A model generated the notes under the pieces. It was not told the origin of the DNA and did no database searches. It worked only from the letters and a program-made list of their open reading frames with translations. This document shows positions 38,571 to 52,671 of a DNA stretch of 64,000 nucleotides, piece by piece (within the stretch, counting starts at the first letter, position 1; each line of letters opens with the position of its first letter). The position numbers and the translations under genes were made by a program. The stretch comes from Fimbriosthenelais zetlandica (lineage: Eukaryota), in assembly GCA_977030845.1 (NCBI GenBank), contig OZ365110.1, forward strand, positions 20,584,001-20,648,000, written 5' to 3'.

Positions 38571-41107
38571 GTAGGTAGGTAACAATGATTCCTCTCCTGT
38601 AGGCCCAAGTCCAACCAGTTTCCTTCAGCACGCATCTCATCACATCAGCTTTTGTGTCACTATCATTGTAAATCCATGTCCAATCGACCAGAGACACGTT
38701 TGCTTTGTGAAGCTTAGATTTGCTATAACACAGCCAGCGCACGAGGCTAATGCCTCCTTTGTCAATAGACAAATGGTACTTTGATCTGGTGGTGCCACTG
38801 AAAGACTGAAAATTCCATTAGAATGCTAGAAGCTATTACAGGGCTGGGATATTCAATACATCAGTACTGACTGCATGCATGTACAATCTTCGTCTGGGAA
38901 AAAAACCCACCCCCTTCTCCCAGAGCTCCTTCGTACCACCACGAGAGCCCCTTCGTGCTTGTGTTTACCCATGAGCTTCTGATGTTTTGTGCAGCACTCG
39001 AGAATCAGCAGTTGAGAAGGGAAGTAACCAAACATTCCAGCACATGTGGCAGATTAAATGTTTGATACCCTTTATTATGGAGGGGCCACTTTTCACTTGG
39101 TACGCTTTAATCGCCTATTGCCATACTGGCTTAATTGAAAAGGATTATCTGGATCTGTGTTGTGCGAAGGCATTTCTGAATGGAGTGCCTTCTAACATGG
39201 CTTCTTTTCAAAGACTTCCTTACTTGTTTCAGGAAGGTAACTGCGTGCCATTTCTCATCTGGTGTTTGTTTAGTTCGGTCAGAGATGTGACACACGCACA
39301 CACAGGTGATTCAGTGAATGAGTCACTCGGTAAAATAGTGACACGAAGTACGAGACAATTCTCAACATCTATCATTTAAATCAGCTCAAGACTTGCAGTA
39401 TGACATCACCAAATACTGCGCAGTATCCTCCACTTATCCTGATTCTCTTCCATTCATTAGTTTTAGGTCGATTGACAATAATGAACATGCAGTTTCAACT
39501 TTCAATTATATTCCTCTTTTATCAATTTGTTATTTCTCCATTCTTTTCAAATATCTCGTGTATATCCTTGAATAAGTTATCTATATGTAGTCAGTATTTT
39601 CTAAAAGATTCTCAAGAGAATGAATCATCTTTGATCCCTTACTCCCCCACCTTACTTTTCCCATTCTGTATCCCAACTCCCAGGTATCAATTTTTCAGTG
39701 AGTAAACATCAATCTGTTCTTGCCAAGGCTTGGAGCCAAAAAAATTAATAATTCATCCTTGACTCTGGTCTGTAGTGTATCGCGCTTTCCATGTACCGAT
39801 TAGTTTACCACTCCAGGATCATAAAAGCTTAATCATCCCTTCTATAGGCTACTTAACGATAAATCTCTGCTCATCGTTAGCGTTGTCCATGAATTATTCA
39901 AGGCCCCCATGTCAGTCTTTGATTCGGGCCATTAAAGCGAGTCAGCTTTACTACCAATGCAGACAGGCTCTACCTATACTGATGGATAATTATTACACCC
40001 GTTTGCGTGCTGGGGACCACCTTGGCCACACGCCCACAAGTTTGAATAGGCTACCACCCCAACGGATCCATTGTCAATCCATCCAGCTGCCAAAATACAT
40101 TTTAGAAAGGCAAATCACTGCCCTGGTGTACCATAAAAGATAAGCCAATAAGGTTCTTTGTGGTTTAAAGGTAATTTTCATTGTAATTAGTCTGTTCTTT
40201 ATCATTTGCTAATGATATTATTGCCATCATTTGTCCTTGGGCAATTTAGCAATAATTTATTTTAGCATTGTTATGAGAAAAGCATTTCATCTAGCAATCC
40301 TCTGAACCAGATATAACCTTTACAGTTTTTACACACTGCAACAGTTTTTGGCCAATGCTCCATCAAGGCATATAGAAAGGCATTCTTTCAAAATACCAAT
40401 TGAATCGACAGAGAAAATGAGTCATTTAATATATTCAGAGGTCGAAGAATGCTACTTACAAAAGGGATTTTATGCTGGCAGAGACGCCAGATAGCATGTG
40501 GTGTTCAGCGCACTATTACCAGTACATGGGTAGCGCCGACAGGAAGGTTATATCATAAAGTAAGCGCCATTAAGCCTGTCTATCCCCGTTCATGAATGTT
40601 CCAAGCCTAAAGCATCCCAGGACACTTCGTTATCGACCGGCCTGTACCATTCATTTCCAGCTTTGCTGCTAGAGTAGAGGCAGAGTTGGCGCTCCAAGCA
40701 GACGTAGTGCGAAATACAGCCACGCTGCGTGAGAAAAGGAGATGTCAGAGAGTGCTTTTTGAATCGGTGATTTTTACATCACCTATTTTCACACAAACTA
40801 CACACACTCTCGCATATCTCTCCCTGTAATTTGGGAGGGAAAATTGGGCCAAAGATTACACGCCAGAGATGTGATCCATCGTTGGCAAGACTTAAGATTA
40901 TGCAGTGAAAGATGGCGCTGCCAGCAGTCCTTCTCTTTTAGAGTGGCTCTCGAGGTGGAAGTGAAAACTTGGTGAACGACCCGGCTCCACAGGGCAATCT
41001 GTATCGCCAATTGTGTTCTTTTCTAAAGGAAGATCCATCTCGATCCATTACCCCACACGTCACTAAGGGGACACGGCCGAAACATACGCTGGCACCAAGG
41101 TAATACG

Positions 41108-41121
41108 GTTACCATGGCAAC
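41108..41121. promoter_or_regulatory. RFX X-box
   Basis: GTTACCATGGCAAC. A YY1-like AAGATGGCG lies ~200 bp upstream (~40913). Confidence 0.6.
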
Positions 41122-44100
41122 GGCAAATTTTATCCTCGACATTGAATAGTGAATTCCAACCTGCCTTCTCGGCAGGTTGAACATCACTTTTTCAGCACGA
41201 TTTATTGGTGATGACAATATTCAAAATTATCAGAATATGGGCTACTCTACTGATAGATTACAATTATATTACTAAGTACCAAAAACGATTGCATGATGAT
41301 ATAGAGGAAGGACGTTGAAAATAGTAAGTTCATTATGGGAGACAGCAATTCTTCTGGAAGGAGGTGGCAAAGAAAGAGAGCCATCTTCCGGAAGGTCTGG
41401 GAAACTTCCCATCTGTCAGACAAGCCACAGAGCTGCCCCCACCGCCAGCCACAGTGCCTCCAATGGTGTTTCCTTGTAGTCCAACAATGTGCAGGAATTA
41501 ATCGTTCTGGGCAGCCACTCCACAGGGCCAAGCAGACCGACCCAAAGTAGAGTCCAACCTACCCCAGCCATTCCAAGGGCCCTCCACTGATGCACGTCCG
41601 TATACGACCGGCATCCAGCTAGGATTTTGTTATGTGCCAGCGACCTCTCTTTATCTGTGTGTGCCTTCATGCAACCTTTTCCATTCACCCCTCCCCAGCA
41701 GCCCTCCACCTCATCCCAACTTGCATTTTCTATACATACACATACTGGTCCATCGAGACAAAGTTCTAACCCAAAAAGGTGCCCACCCATCAGGGAAGCG
41801 ACGTGATGTTGATTCGTGTCTCAGTTCGCCAGTGAGGGCGCTGTGGTGTGGAGACCAGAGGGAGCTTTTATTACCCTGGTAAGGGAACATTTCGTATTGG
41901 ACTCGATGCTCACAGTTGCACTTAATACTTTCATCTCTTACTCACCGATGAAAAATATATTGGGACTGGTTTCTGTTATATTTGTGCCATTTTCCTATCA
42001 GCGTGATACCAGATATACCCCGCATTCTTTGATGGGAAATTAATCTGACCAGCACTAGCTTAGTATGCAAGATTACATATTAAGTATCTATATGTAGTGA
42101 GACATTTTACAGATCCCACGTGGTTCTTCTGACAAAAATACTGAGTGGGTGGGGTCAGAGCTGCGAGCGGGCGGTTCCAATGTCCTGCCTCACATCATGC
42201 CCCCTATCGGTACCCACCCTCGATTACAACGATTAACTCGAGCTCGCGCGAAAATTGCCAACGTGATGGGCATACTCTATGAGAAGTGTAACGCCCCCTA
42301 ATCTACAACTCAGCTTCTCCTCTCTCCACTACCCCCCACCCAGGCGGGTCACAATTTCTGTCCAGGCTTTCCCCCAACTCCTTCAACAAATGAACTTTTT
42401 TCTTTATTCAATCCGTTCGTTTTTTAATTCTACCAGTCAAGCATCAGTGCCTGGCGATTTGGTTGCTGCGCACAAGGCCGCTTACAACAATCTACAGGGC
42501 CGCTTACACCAATTTCCTGAGCTGGGGCACGCTATAATCATGGTGGACAGTTAGCACCGGCTTTGAAGTTCATTGTGCATGCCTCAGCCACGTCAGGGAT
42601 TTTTTAAAGGATCGTACTTAAAATACCAGGATGTCATGGGCCATATTTTGACACAATCCTACATTATGTACGTTGGTGAAAGCTGGTGATTTTAACCAGT
42701 CATTGACCTTGTCTTCGGCTGCATGCCAATACGAGCAGAAAACCGGATCTAAAGGAACTTGGTCAGCACTTGCTTCTATTAAATAACCATTTGTATGCAC
42801 TTGAATAGGAATGTTTCTCCGTGTAAGGAATCAGAGTGTTGAAGAAGAAGGCATTCTTTAACCAGGTTAGGTGTTATTTTCAAAAGAGTAGCGCTATTAA
42901 GGCAACATGTAATGTCAGTAGCATATGGAAAGTGACCACAGAAGTTGGCTACAAAACCGAGTGAAGCTCATAATGCTTGGATCATTATTTCACATTTACA
43001 TATTAAGCAACTTCTCCAATTCATGGCTGATTCTACATGGCTATGGATTATTTCAGATGTGATTTATTCCAGTCAGATGAACCTTGAGATCCCTGAATCT
43101 GCCTGTCATATCCCCACTGCTTAATGGACAGGAGAGACAGTAATCTATCTGTTAAGTACCTGAGCTCAGATGATGGATTATGAAATTGGAATAATCTGTA
43201 ATTTTCTCTCCTCAGAGATGCAAGCCTTGTATTCAGGGTCCTGCAGACATTACTGCTAAACACATTTAACCATCTAGAGAATGCATTTATTATTATGTAA
43301 GTTATGGAATTTCCATAACGACCATAACGAATAAAATCTTATAAGGAGAGAGCTTATATGAATACATGGATTTACTTGATATTTTCTCCCTGTTGCCATG
43401 AATTTAAAGCAGCCCTGTCAGCAATGCAATGAAACTGAAGAATCTCATCATTGTAATATGCAAATGTGACATTATCAGCTTTTTTCAGCGTTATCTCATG
43501 ATCATGCCTTCAATGCGCTAAAATGAGTCCACAACCTCAAGATAATAAAAATTAATGGACTTTCCACAAATTAAGTTGCCGCCGAAATTGTGCAAGTACA
43601 CACATTAATCATAGTGCAATATTCGATCATCAACATCTGAAAACAAACCTGTATTTTTCTGCGGCCTTGTAGTTTAAGATTCACCTACATGATAGCGGCC
43701 ATATTGGGCAAGCTTAGCACGCGCGGCCTCCTCTCAGCACCCACAGCCAATTCTGCCATTTATCTTCCACAGGAATTTAATAATGGTCCAAAATGAATTT
43801 TGCATCGATTCTTTTTCGAAGGCCAGGCATATGGCAAATGAGTGAGCGTTCATTTTAATTGCTAGCAGGTCATGTGATAGATTGGCCAGGGGGAAGGCTA
43901 CTGTCATTTCACTTGGAATTTTGTGGAAGGAAAAGGCTTGGAAATGACGAAAGAACTGCAGTGGCAGGGCTAGGTAACAGATGGGTGGCGGCTGGCTAAA
44001 TGAAGCTAATTAACAAAGGGGGATGCTTGACTTTATTATCTTCCTGGGTGTAAGAGTTCAGTGCGGGGTGTGATCGATGGTTAAGTGAGGGAAGGGGAAG

Positions 44101-47100
44101 GAAGGCCTGTATCAAGTACAGTTTAACCCCACGTATATATGATCATGAAATCAGTCCAGGCCTTTCCTGCATATTTACCCTTGACTATAGTGGACATAAT
44201 AGTAAAAGAGATACATGAATTATTCATAAATTTGGCCTATTTTACCCAGCCAGTTGGGCACCCCACACATATAGTGAACATGATGTATGACGGGGAGGAT
44301 TATAATAGGCCCTGGCTGTGTAATTCAGGCAGGCTCTAATAGAATATTACCAACATCATGCTCACTTAATGTTAATCAATGTATAATCCGCCATAATGTT
44401 CCTACCTCCCCAGAATACCACCTATATTCAGCTCTAAACTAACCCCCTGAGCTATAATTCACTTCACACATAGCATCAAAATGACTATTATCAAATGCGT
44501 CAAATCTATAATTAATCAATCATTCGTTATTTAGTAGTTTTCCCTTGATAAAACTTCATTTGAAAGAGTAGTTTCAGTTTCTATGAAATCTTCAGACTAG
44601 TTTCAAAGTCCGATGTAGAATTATTGACTTCCACATAACATATATTTGAAAAGGGTCCTTGTATACATACGATACCAGTGATCCTATATAGGGTCTCTTT
44701 TAATACTGATACGGCTGCTGTAGGTCTGAGTCTAGAGCTTGTTGTAAGCTGTTTGTGAAGTGGGAGACGGAGGTGGAGATCTGGTACTCTAATCCCCTTC
44801 TTAAGTTCACTCCCCTCCTTAAGCTGATAAGGCTTCCTCCTCTCCTCCACCAAAAGACAGGGTTTAACTGTCACTTCTGTTTTCCCATGAACAAGGAGAA
44901 GAAGGCTCTTTCCTGTGAGAGCAGTTCTGCATAAATTGTTTTCTTTCATATTTTTTTTTCTTTTATATTAGGAGCGATACCATTGATCCCTTACATCCAC
45001 ATCTGAATCTTTTCATTAGTTCACCGCGTTTTTCGTCTTGTGGAATCTTACATTCGGAAATTGAATAAGAAGGTCTAGCATTTGAGTTTGGCCTACAGGG
45101 ACAAAGAGTAAAGATAAATGTCATGCCATTCAATAGCCATGCCATTGTAATTCATTTGACTCGAGCAATATTGTGACTCTATGCTTGACACATTATCTAA
45201 AACTCAATGCCAACCAAGGAACACGTGGCTGATTCTTTGAAGTAGAAAAAGAATGAGTCTTAGAGCTCGCTTTTTTCCCCTTTTTATAAAAAAAAAATCA
45301 ATAACCAGTGGTGCAATACTCTTGGTCGCCTATAGATGGTGTGCCAATGTGTTGGCTGCTTCTCCAGTATAGAGTGACATGTCTCCTGCCGGTTTTTACG
45401 GTCAGTGGGAGAGTGCCAGTCCGTGACTGGGAGGCCGGGTCTCAACCCTGGATAGGCGTGGATAATAAGGTTCACTCTGTCTGCCAACCTACAGGGATCT
45501 TTTCATTAACGGCACAGTGATGGTAGCGGTGCCAGTTGTGGGTGTAGACTAGCCTTAGACCATAGCGCACTGGAGCTGTTATTATAAGTATGCTATAACA
45601 GGGAAAAATACATTTCCTTCTCCATAACCAATGACAAAACTAGCTCTAAATTATCGATAAAACATTATTTTATGGTCCTATTATTATTACGGGTCTGTTT
45701 AGCATCATTTATTTCTATACAGAATCAGTCACTGAAACGAAAGTTCCCCAATTATTCCCTGGATATGACCTACTTTCGATTGTGATGTCACAACCTGGCT
45801 CCGCATCATAGATCTACTTCTGACGTCATTAATGAGCCATTTTAATCAATTCGAATCAATTTTAGTTGTGTACTGAATATATAATTGCGTCATTTATATT
45901 TCTTGAAAATTGTATTCGTAAAAATATTATTTTAATTGTTTCAATATCTATAGGACTAGGCATATGGCTTCTTTAACATCGGCCTATATAAAATGGCTTA
46001 GATGGACACAATTTTCAAAATGGTCAAAGGTTATAGGAGTCCATAAGCCTAGCTGTATTAAATATGTCAGTATATTGACTTCAGGACTTCCTATGGATAT
46101 CAGCCGTGTATACATATTGCCCCATATTACTGATCCAATAGCGATAAGTGAGTGGCGTGCTACTGACCCTGACACTGGAAATCGGTCAGTTTGTGGGACG
46201 CTATGAAAAGACTCAATAGACATCCCACTCTCGCGGGGCCGATTACATGAACTATCTCATATTATCTCATATCGTTCTGCTGCAAAATTTACCTTAGCAG
46301 ACTTCAGGAATAAAACGGACATACCTACTAAGGCGCTAGGAAACATAAAAGAAACTATGTCATTTATGTCGTAAATTGTTTTCATGCGAGAGATACACAA
46401 ACACAGGTCTTTTCTGAAACAAACCCCGGATCCTGAAACGGATGATGCTGTATAGGAAAGCATATATGGTCAATATGGGTGTATATAATGATGCAGGCTG
46501 AAGTAGGAGATAGGTTCATGGAATAGGGTGTGATGGGTCATACAAGAGTTCACGGTTAATTTATGTTGTACCATATAGTCCATTTATATTTATAATATGA
46601 AGAACAAGTAAAAATATGTAGGCCTATGACTATGAAAAACAATGTACACTAGAAAAAATTGTCAGTGGTCATAAGAATGAAAGTCATACATTCCAAAAAT
46701 TCCACTATCCATTCATTTAAAGTGATATGATTGTAATATACATGTATTTATATCTCGTTCGGTGTACTGTACATCCAAGAATATCATACATGTGCGTAGA
46801 CCTATTAATTATATATGTCATAGGACATAATATACCGCTTGATTTTACACAGCACTTCAACTATACCCACATATCACAGATATACAATATATAAACCACT
46901 GATGACAATTGACACAGACCCTGAAAAAGAGCAATGACTCTAGAGTGAATGAGAGCAGAGAGTCTAATATGAGTGGTCCCTCGGGGACATGGCCAACATC
47001 AATGGAAGCCAAACGATATCCGGTGCAAACGGGCATTGGTAATTATTTCCTCTAATTCATGACCACTTAGTTCACGCCAGGGACCAGCACCCAGTCTACA

Positions 47101-50100
47101 ATGCCATATCATATACATTGGTCTCCTGGGTCTCCTCCCCATCCTCCTCATCAGATGCGCACCCTCGCGACAAAACTAATTACCAAGCCCGCAGCACAGT
47201 TTAAAAACGTCCTATATCACCGGGTTTGACGCGATGGAAAATTAGGCAAAACCACCTCTTTTTCAGCCACGGTCACTATCATGTGTCTCTGTCTGTATAT
47301 AGCCATGCCTTACAAAATGACATCGCTTGCGTCAATATGAAGGACTCCATTGTTAAGCAATTAGGAATTAGAGGGTTTTAAGGAAAATAGCTTTTGGCAA
47401 TTGTCGAGATTGTGTCTGGTGTTTTGTGGAATGTATTATAATGAATATTATTGAGATATCAATTACTATCTGTAATAAAATCGCACCTAGAATATAATGA
47501 TATTATAGGCTACATAATTCGTGGTTACACACCAATGATCCACAGTCGCACAGTTATTCTTTCAAATAATTTAGAACTTCATACATGTACTTACCTAGCC
47601 AGTGTAGGCCTATAAAGAATATATCAAAATGCGAGTCGGTCAGTCTCCAGAGTCCAGTCATACTGATCACGTATTGGCCATTTTATCGTACTGTGCATTA
47701 TTTCATCTGGAATGAACCAAAAGTACTTGGGTGAGGATTTTGTGGGGGACTTTCCAACAGAATTACAACGATTATGCACTGAGGTTTGTTGGGATGACAA
47801 CCAAAACCAATACCGGATCAAATATTAATAGAAACGAGCGAGACAGCAGTGACAGGGCGGGGGGAGGGGAAAAAAGAGAGAAAAAATATTCCAGTCTTCC
47901 CCCTCTTTGCACTCATTGTGATGGTGATTAGAAAGTGTAGATTGGATGGAATTCCGGCTGTAGTTGAGGCTTTGCTGTTTTTGTCTGACCCATTCGCCCC
48001 TTCTTATTGAACACTCAATTGCTATGGATCACCATCGAGTTGCTCCGCGGCTCAATGATTAGACCAAGATTCAGGGGCGTGGATACACGTGCTTACTGTC
48101 AGGTTGGCCCTTTCAGCGTGAAATTGCTCCCCGCCGGTTCTTTGTATTCAATATGCCAGGCCCGACGCCTATGCTTGAACGCTTCAATAATGCCAAGACT
48201 TCTCATTACGATCTTACGATTGCTTTTTGGGGAGTATTTTTTCAGAAAATTCTGGCCCGTGGAAGGTACAGATAATGGTTGCATTCAACAGGTGCATGTG
48301 CTTTTTGTCTTTTTTTTGGGGGGGGGGGGGGTAGAATATACGTATTGAAGCAAATGGTAGCCTTAAGCATTACAGGTCTGTCCTAATTAAATTATTGATA
48401 TGGATTTGTTTACCAGTATGCAGATTATCCTGCCGGTCAATGCCCTTTATGCACTCAGGGGTCTGTTTCATAAAACGTAGACCCTCAATGGTATAGGAAA
48501 CGTCCCCAAAGTGATACACAGGGACTGAAATATTAATATACGGTAAATCCATCAATCGTGTGGTTTTAGACGCCAACGACACCCCCTGACCTTGCATGTT
48601 ACCTAAAATATCCACCCTTTTCTCTATCCCAGCATGCATCTAGACGAAGCCCCACCATCAGACTCATTTTAGCAGCTCTGTGAGAGCTCAAGCGGAAGTC
48701 CTATTGCATGCGAACTGTGTCGCCAGCATAATTACATTTCCAGTGCCGCGTCAGGGCGCTACTGTGGCTGTCGGACGCTGGAGGAACCCGAGTCGCCCAT
48801 ATCAAACAGTTTCTTCTCTATCTTCCCACTGGAGATTATGTGCCAATGGCTTTCATCAATATATACCACCGCCAAGCAAAGTGGACGTACGATTACACCC
48901 GCTGACTGCCATTGCTAATGTATTGTTTGTTGGTTTGCAGTGGGAATGACAGCCTGGAAGGAAAGATCGAGATTCGAGGACGGAGGAGCTTCTGTGTTTC
49001 AATGTGTTCCCATTACTAAACACTGAACGAGCGAGCTGCAGGGCGGGAAGGACGTATGGAAGAAAGGGGTATGCAATGAGGAAGTGATATACATCACTTG
49101 GACGCCCGGACTGCCCAGCTTTGCGTGAAAAGAGGCAATCCTCGCTGCATGTCAGGTGGGTGGAATATAGAACGATTTAAGAGCACCAATATTTATAATG
49201 TAAATTTATAGTGGCTGTTGTTTCCCACAAGTCCGACCCCAACCTGGATTCCCTTGCCCTCTCGTACATGTTCCACTTACATCCTATTATTTCCATATGT
49301 CACAGTATTTATTAGCACTAACATGTAGTCCATGCACATGGGGGTGCATGATTGTACCATCTGGAATAACTGACCAAATCATAGAGGAACCATTGTCTGT
49401 TTATCTTTGTCACAGTTGTGAAATGCTTTATCGGGAAAGATGTTATTGTCATTGCATGTCAATTGATAGCACTTACATCTATCATTAATCAAAAGTCAAA
49501 ATGATTGTGCTTTATTCGCTTTGTCCATCGGGTCGCTCTTTCTTGTCCCAGTCACACATCCTGTGTTGTGGGTGTCACCAATTGAAGTACATACATTATG
49601 CTTTGTGCAAGTCACATGCACTCTCCCACACGCACATCTTGAATTGGGGCTCCCAGAATAGGGAATATTATGTATATATTAGTAAGCTTTACGTATATTA
49701 ATTCTATAAGAATCGATTATTTCAACAAAGCCTTTACCTCTATATGAAATTTGTAACAACAATAAGACGGTCGATTGATGTTAATATCAAAAGGAATTCG
49801 ACACTAAACCTAAATTTAAATGTAGATTGAAATGACTTAGATAATGCTGAAAGATGATCTCTGTTATGTCAATGAAATAAACTTAATTTCTCCAAAAGAA
49901 GCTGATTGCATATAGGAGACTTAGGGTAAGTTTCAGAATTCCTTTTTCATCATATACAAATCATAATGACGGAAGTTTTATGTTAAAATATTAATACCAT
50001 TGTCAAATCTGTAGTGGCAATGGCAATTGGATCTGAATCGTGTTGAGCAAGGATCGATATCAGATTTTAAAATAAATGTGTTGTTTTGAGGCAATCTTAT

Positions 50101-51191
50101 AAATATAAATAGACTAGAAAAAGGTTATCCAGAAGTAACTGGGTGCGCTTTGATCAATAAGGATATACCTTTGTATTGGATATCGCGTTATGTCAGCCAT
50201 GTATATTATCTGATGTGCAGGAATATATTTAGGGCGTGGGGACAGCCTTGGTTTGGCTGAAGAGAGCAGCAGAGGGAGGAGAAGGAAGGAGAGAAGGAGA
50301 GGGGGAGAGAAGAGACAGCAAGAGAGAGAAGCGAGCGCTGAATGTGCGATGCTATGATAAGATATGGAGGCCTGGTATCAGCATGGAGCTGGTGGTTGGC
50401 GGGATGGCGATAAGAGGGCCCGTTCTGGCCGGCTCAGTGTCCTGGCCCTCTTGTCTAGGCCAGGCGGAAATAGGGGGATCACGTGTGGCGAGGTGATTCT
50501 GATCCGACCAGGCGATCCCAGCTTGTCCCCGGGATCTCCCTCTCATCATGAACCGCCAGGGATTCCCTGCTCCCATTTCACCGATCACAGCGCCACCACT
50601 CCGCTCCAGGCTGACCAAGATCTCTGCAATCCTCCGCCAGGCAATCATTCGTTCAGTCATAGATTTTATCTCCCCGATGTTTGTGTTATATACGAAGAAA
50701 AATTATCGTTAAATTTGTCTTCCTGTCTGTCTACATGTCAGCTCCAGCAATGCTTAAGAACGGTAGGCTTACATAAGTTTCAGTAAACCGAGCCACCTGT
50801 TGCAAAAAAAAATTTCTTATACTACATACAAGTACCTCCATTTCGTTGGTGTTCAAAATGAAATCCAACCACAGGAAGATCATACATATTGTAATGTCAT
50901 TATATTGGAAGGTGATGCCAGGAATTTCACAATAATGTTGATTATAAGTTCAAGCTGAAGATTGTTCCTGTTGTTGAACATTGTTAGTGGCATCTAGTTG
51001 GTGACATTGAGGTTGCCTCTCTGGTGGCTTTGATTATAGGATGTGCCGTTTGCCCCTTGTTCAGGCATATTATTTCACTGTACTGACAGACCTTGGCACC
51101 CGTTGACTTAGGGGCTATTTGGAGGCTATTTCCCAACGTCAAGGCAAATTCCATCGTGGCGTTGCTGACAGCTCTAGACCCCAAGATGAAT

Positions 51192-51491
51192 GTCCCCCTA
51201 GCGGGAAGGAGCGTTTCCATGGGGACCAGTGATGGGGGTTAGCACGGTTTTAAATGCCATCTCTTTGTACCTCTCCTAATGACATCCTAGCTCGCATCAC
51301 TCGCCAAGCGCATGCGCTCTGTATATTTATGACAATTCTCTTCCCATCTGCAAATCCATGCCCGTGGGGAGGGGTATTGTTTGGCGGAAAAGCGGGCCAG
51401 AGAGCGCCAAACGTATGGATAGGACGGGAGCGCTACACGGCACTGGCAGTTATGGATCCTCTCGGCAAATCTCATGGGAAATGTCGCGAGA
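51192..51491. promoter_or_regulatory. Promoter-like island: CTCF-like, X-box, NRF1 and TCGCGAGA motifs
   Basis: GTCCCCCTAGCGG (51192-51204, CTCF-like on minus), GTTTCCATGGGGAC (51213-51226), GCGCATGCGC (51308-51317), TCGCGAGA (51484-51491). CpG-rich. Confidence 0.5.
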
Positions 51492-52481
51492 TCTCGCTAG
51501 TCATGAGATTTCCGCTTGGGTTCCGCTGCCTTGGAAGTCATCGCTTTACGGAGCGATGGTGAATGTTGTCAGGCGGTAGCAGAAGAACGCGCGCCTGGAC
51601 GAAGATCAAGGGGGAGGGTAATATGGAAAGGCACCTGTGAGGTGTACTGGGGATCGAGGCCGGCTTTCGGACGCCAGGGGAATGCTCATCAGCCCAAACT
51701 AAACATGACAGCTAAAAGGTCCATCTGTGTCAGGGGTGAGATAAGACCTGACGACACCTGTATTGTTCTTACAGGTATACTGGTATATATATCTCCCGAC
51801 CGCAGACTGCCTGCTTGATATTACTTGTAATTTCATGAAAGGAATATTGCCTCTTTTCATCACACAGTCACAGTCATCACACAGTTATTTTCCACATTAC
51901 CATATATTATATACTTGGACATTTATAAGTCCATATTTTCATATGAAAAAACCTTCATTATCAAAATGTATCAGTTGACCTTGGGAATAATGCCAGCAAT
52001 CCCAAGATAGGAAGTTTGTAGTTGGTCAGTCAACGTTAACCAGCAAATTTGAAAAGAATGAGAGGATATGGATGTCCATTAAATTGTAATATGAACATCA
52101 GCCATTTCTTTGACCTGATAATCAATTAATTTTCCCCGGGCGTACCAGGCATTTGCTTCTTGCTATTCTACACGACATCAGAGAGATAAAGAAAAAAACC
52201 GGCGACTCTTGGAGCCAATAATATATGTAGATGACATTCAGTTCACAACTTCCGACTCGAGGGCCTTCCACTGTCTGGGACCAAGGTTCATTTTACACTG
52301 CAGTCCAATGAGGCCCTGTCACTAAAGGAGCCAGTCTCATGTCCAGGCAAGCAAGTGGGCAACCAAAGAAAGGCTAGAAACACAAGGTATTGAGCATTGG
52401 CCTGTTGAGATGCCTCCTTGAGAGGCCCATATCGGCCGGACTTGGAGAGGTGGAAAGAAGCCTGGGGTAAAAGTCTATTCC

Positions 52482-52671
52482 ATGGCCATTGTGCAGCCAG
52501 TGGACACAAGCATAGAATCGGTCTATAGCTTCGTCCATATCGATCCGGACGACCGACTTCTCCGGGGTGCAGTGCAAACGCCTGGAATATCTGACCAAGT
52601 CTGTGGATGTATCGCCCAGTGATATTTTCAGCCATATAACCCTAGCCATCCCATCATACAATTACAGCTGA
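52482..52671 (+). pseudogene. Possible highly decayed DIRS/Ngaro-type reverse transcriptase fragment
   Basis: MAIVQPVDTSIESVYSFVHIDPDDRLL, then after a +1 shift at 52563 GVQCKRLEY...SPSDIFSHITLAI. This resembles the remembered consensus MAKVDIKSAYRIVPVHPDDRPLLGMQW...SAPKIF. No YLDD found downstream. Judged by eye. Confidence 0.2.
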
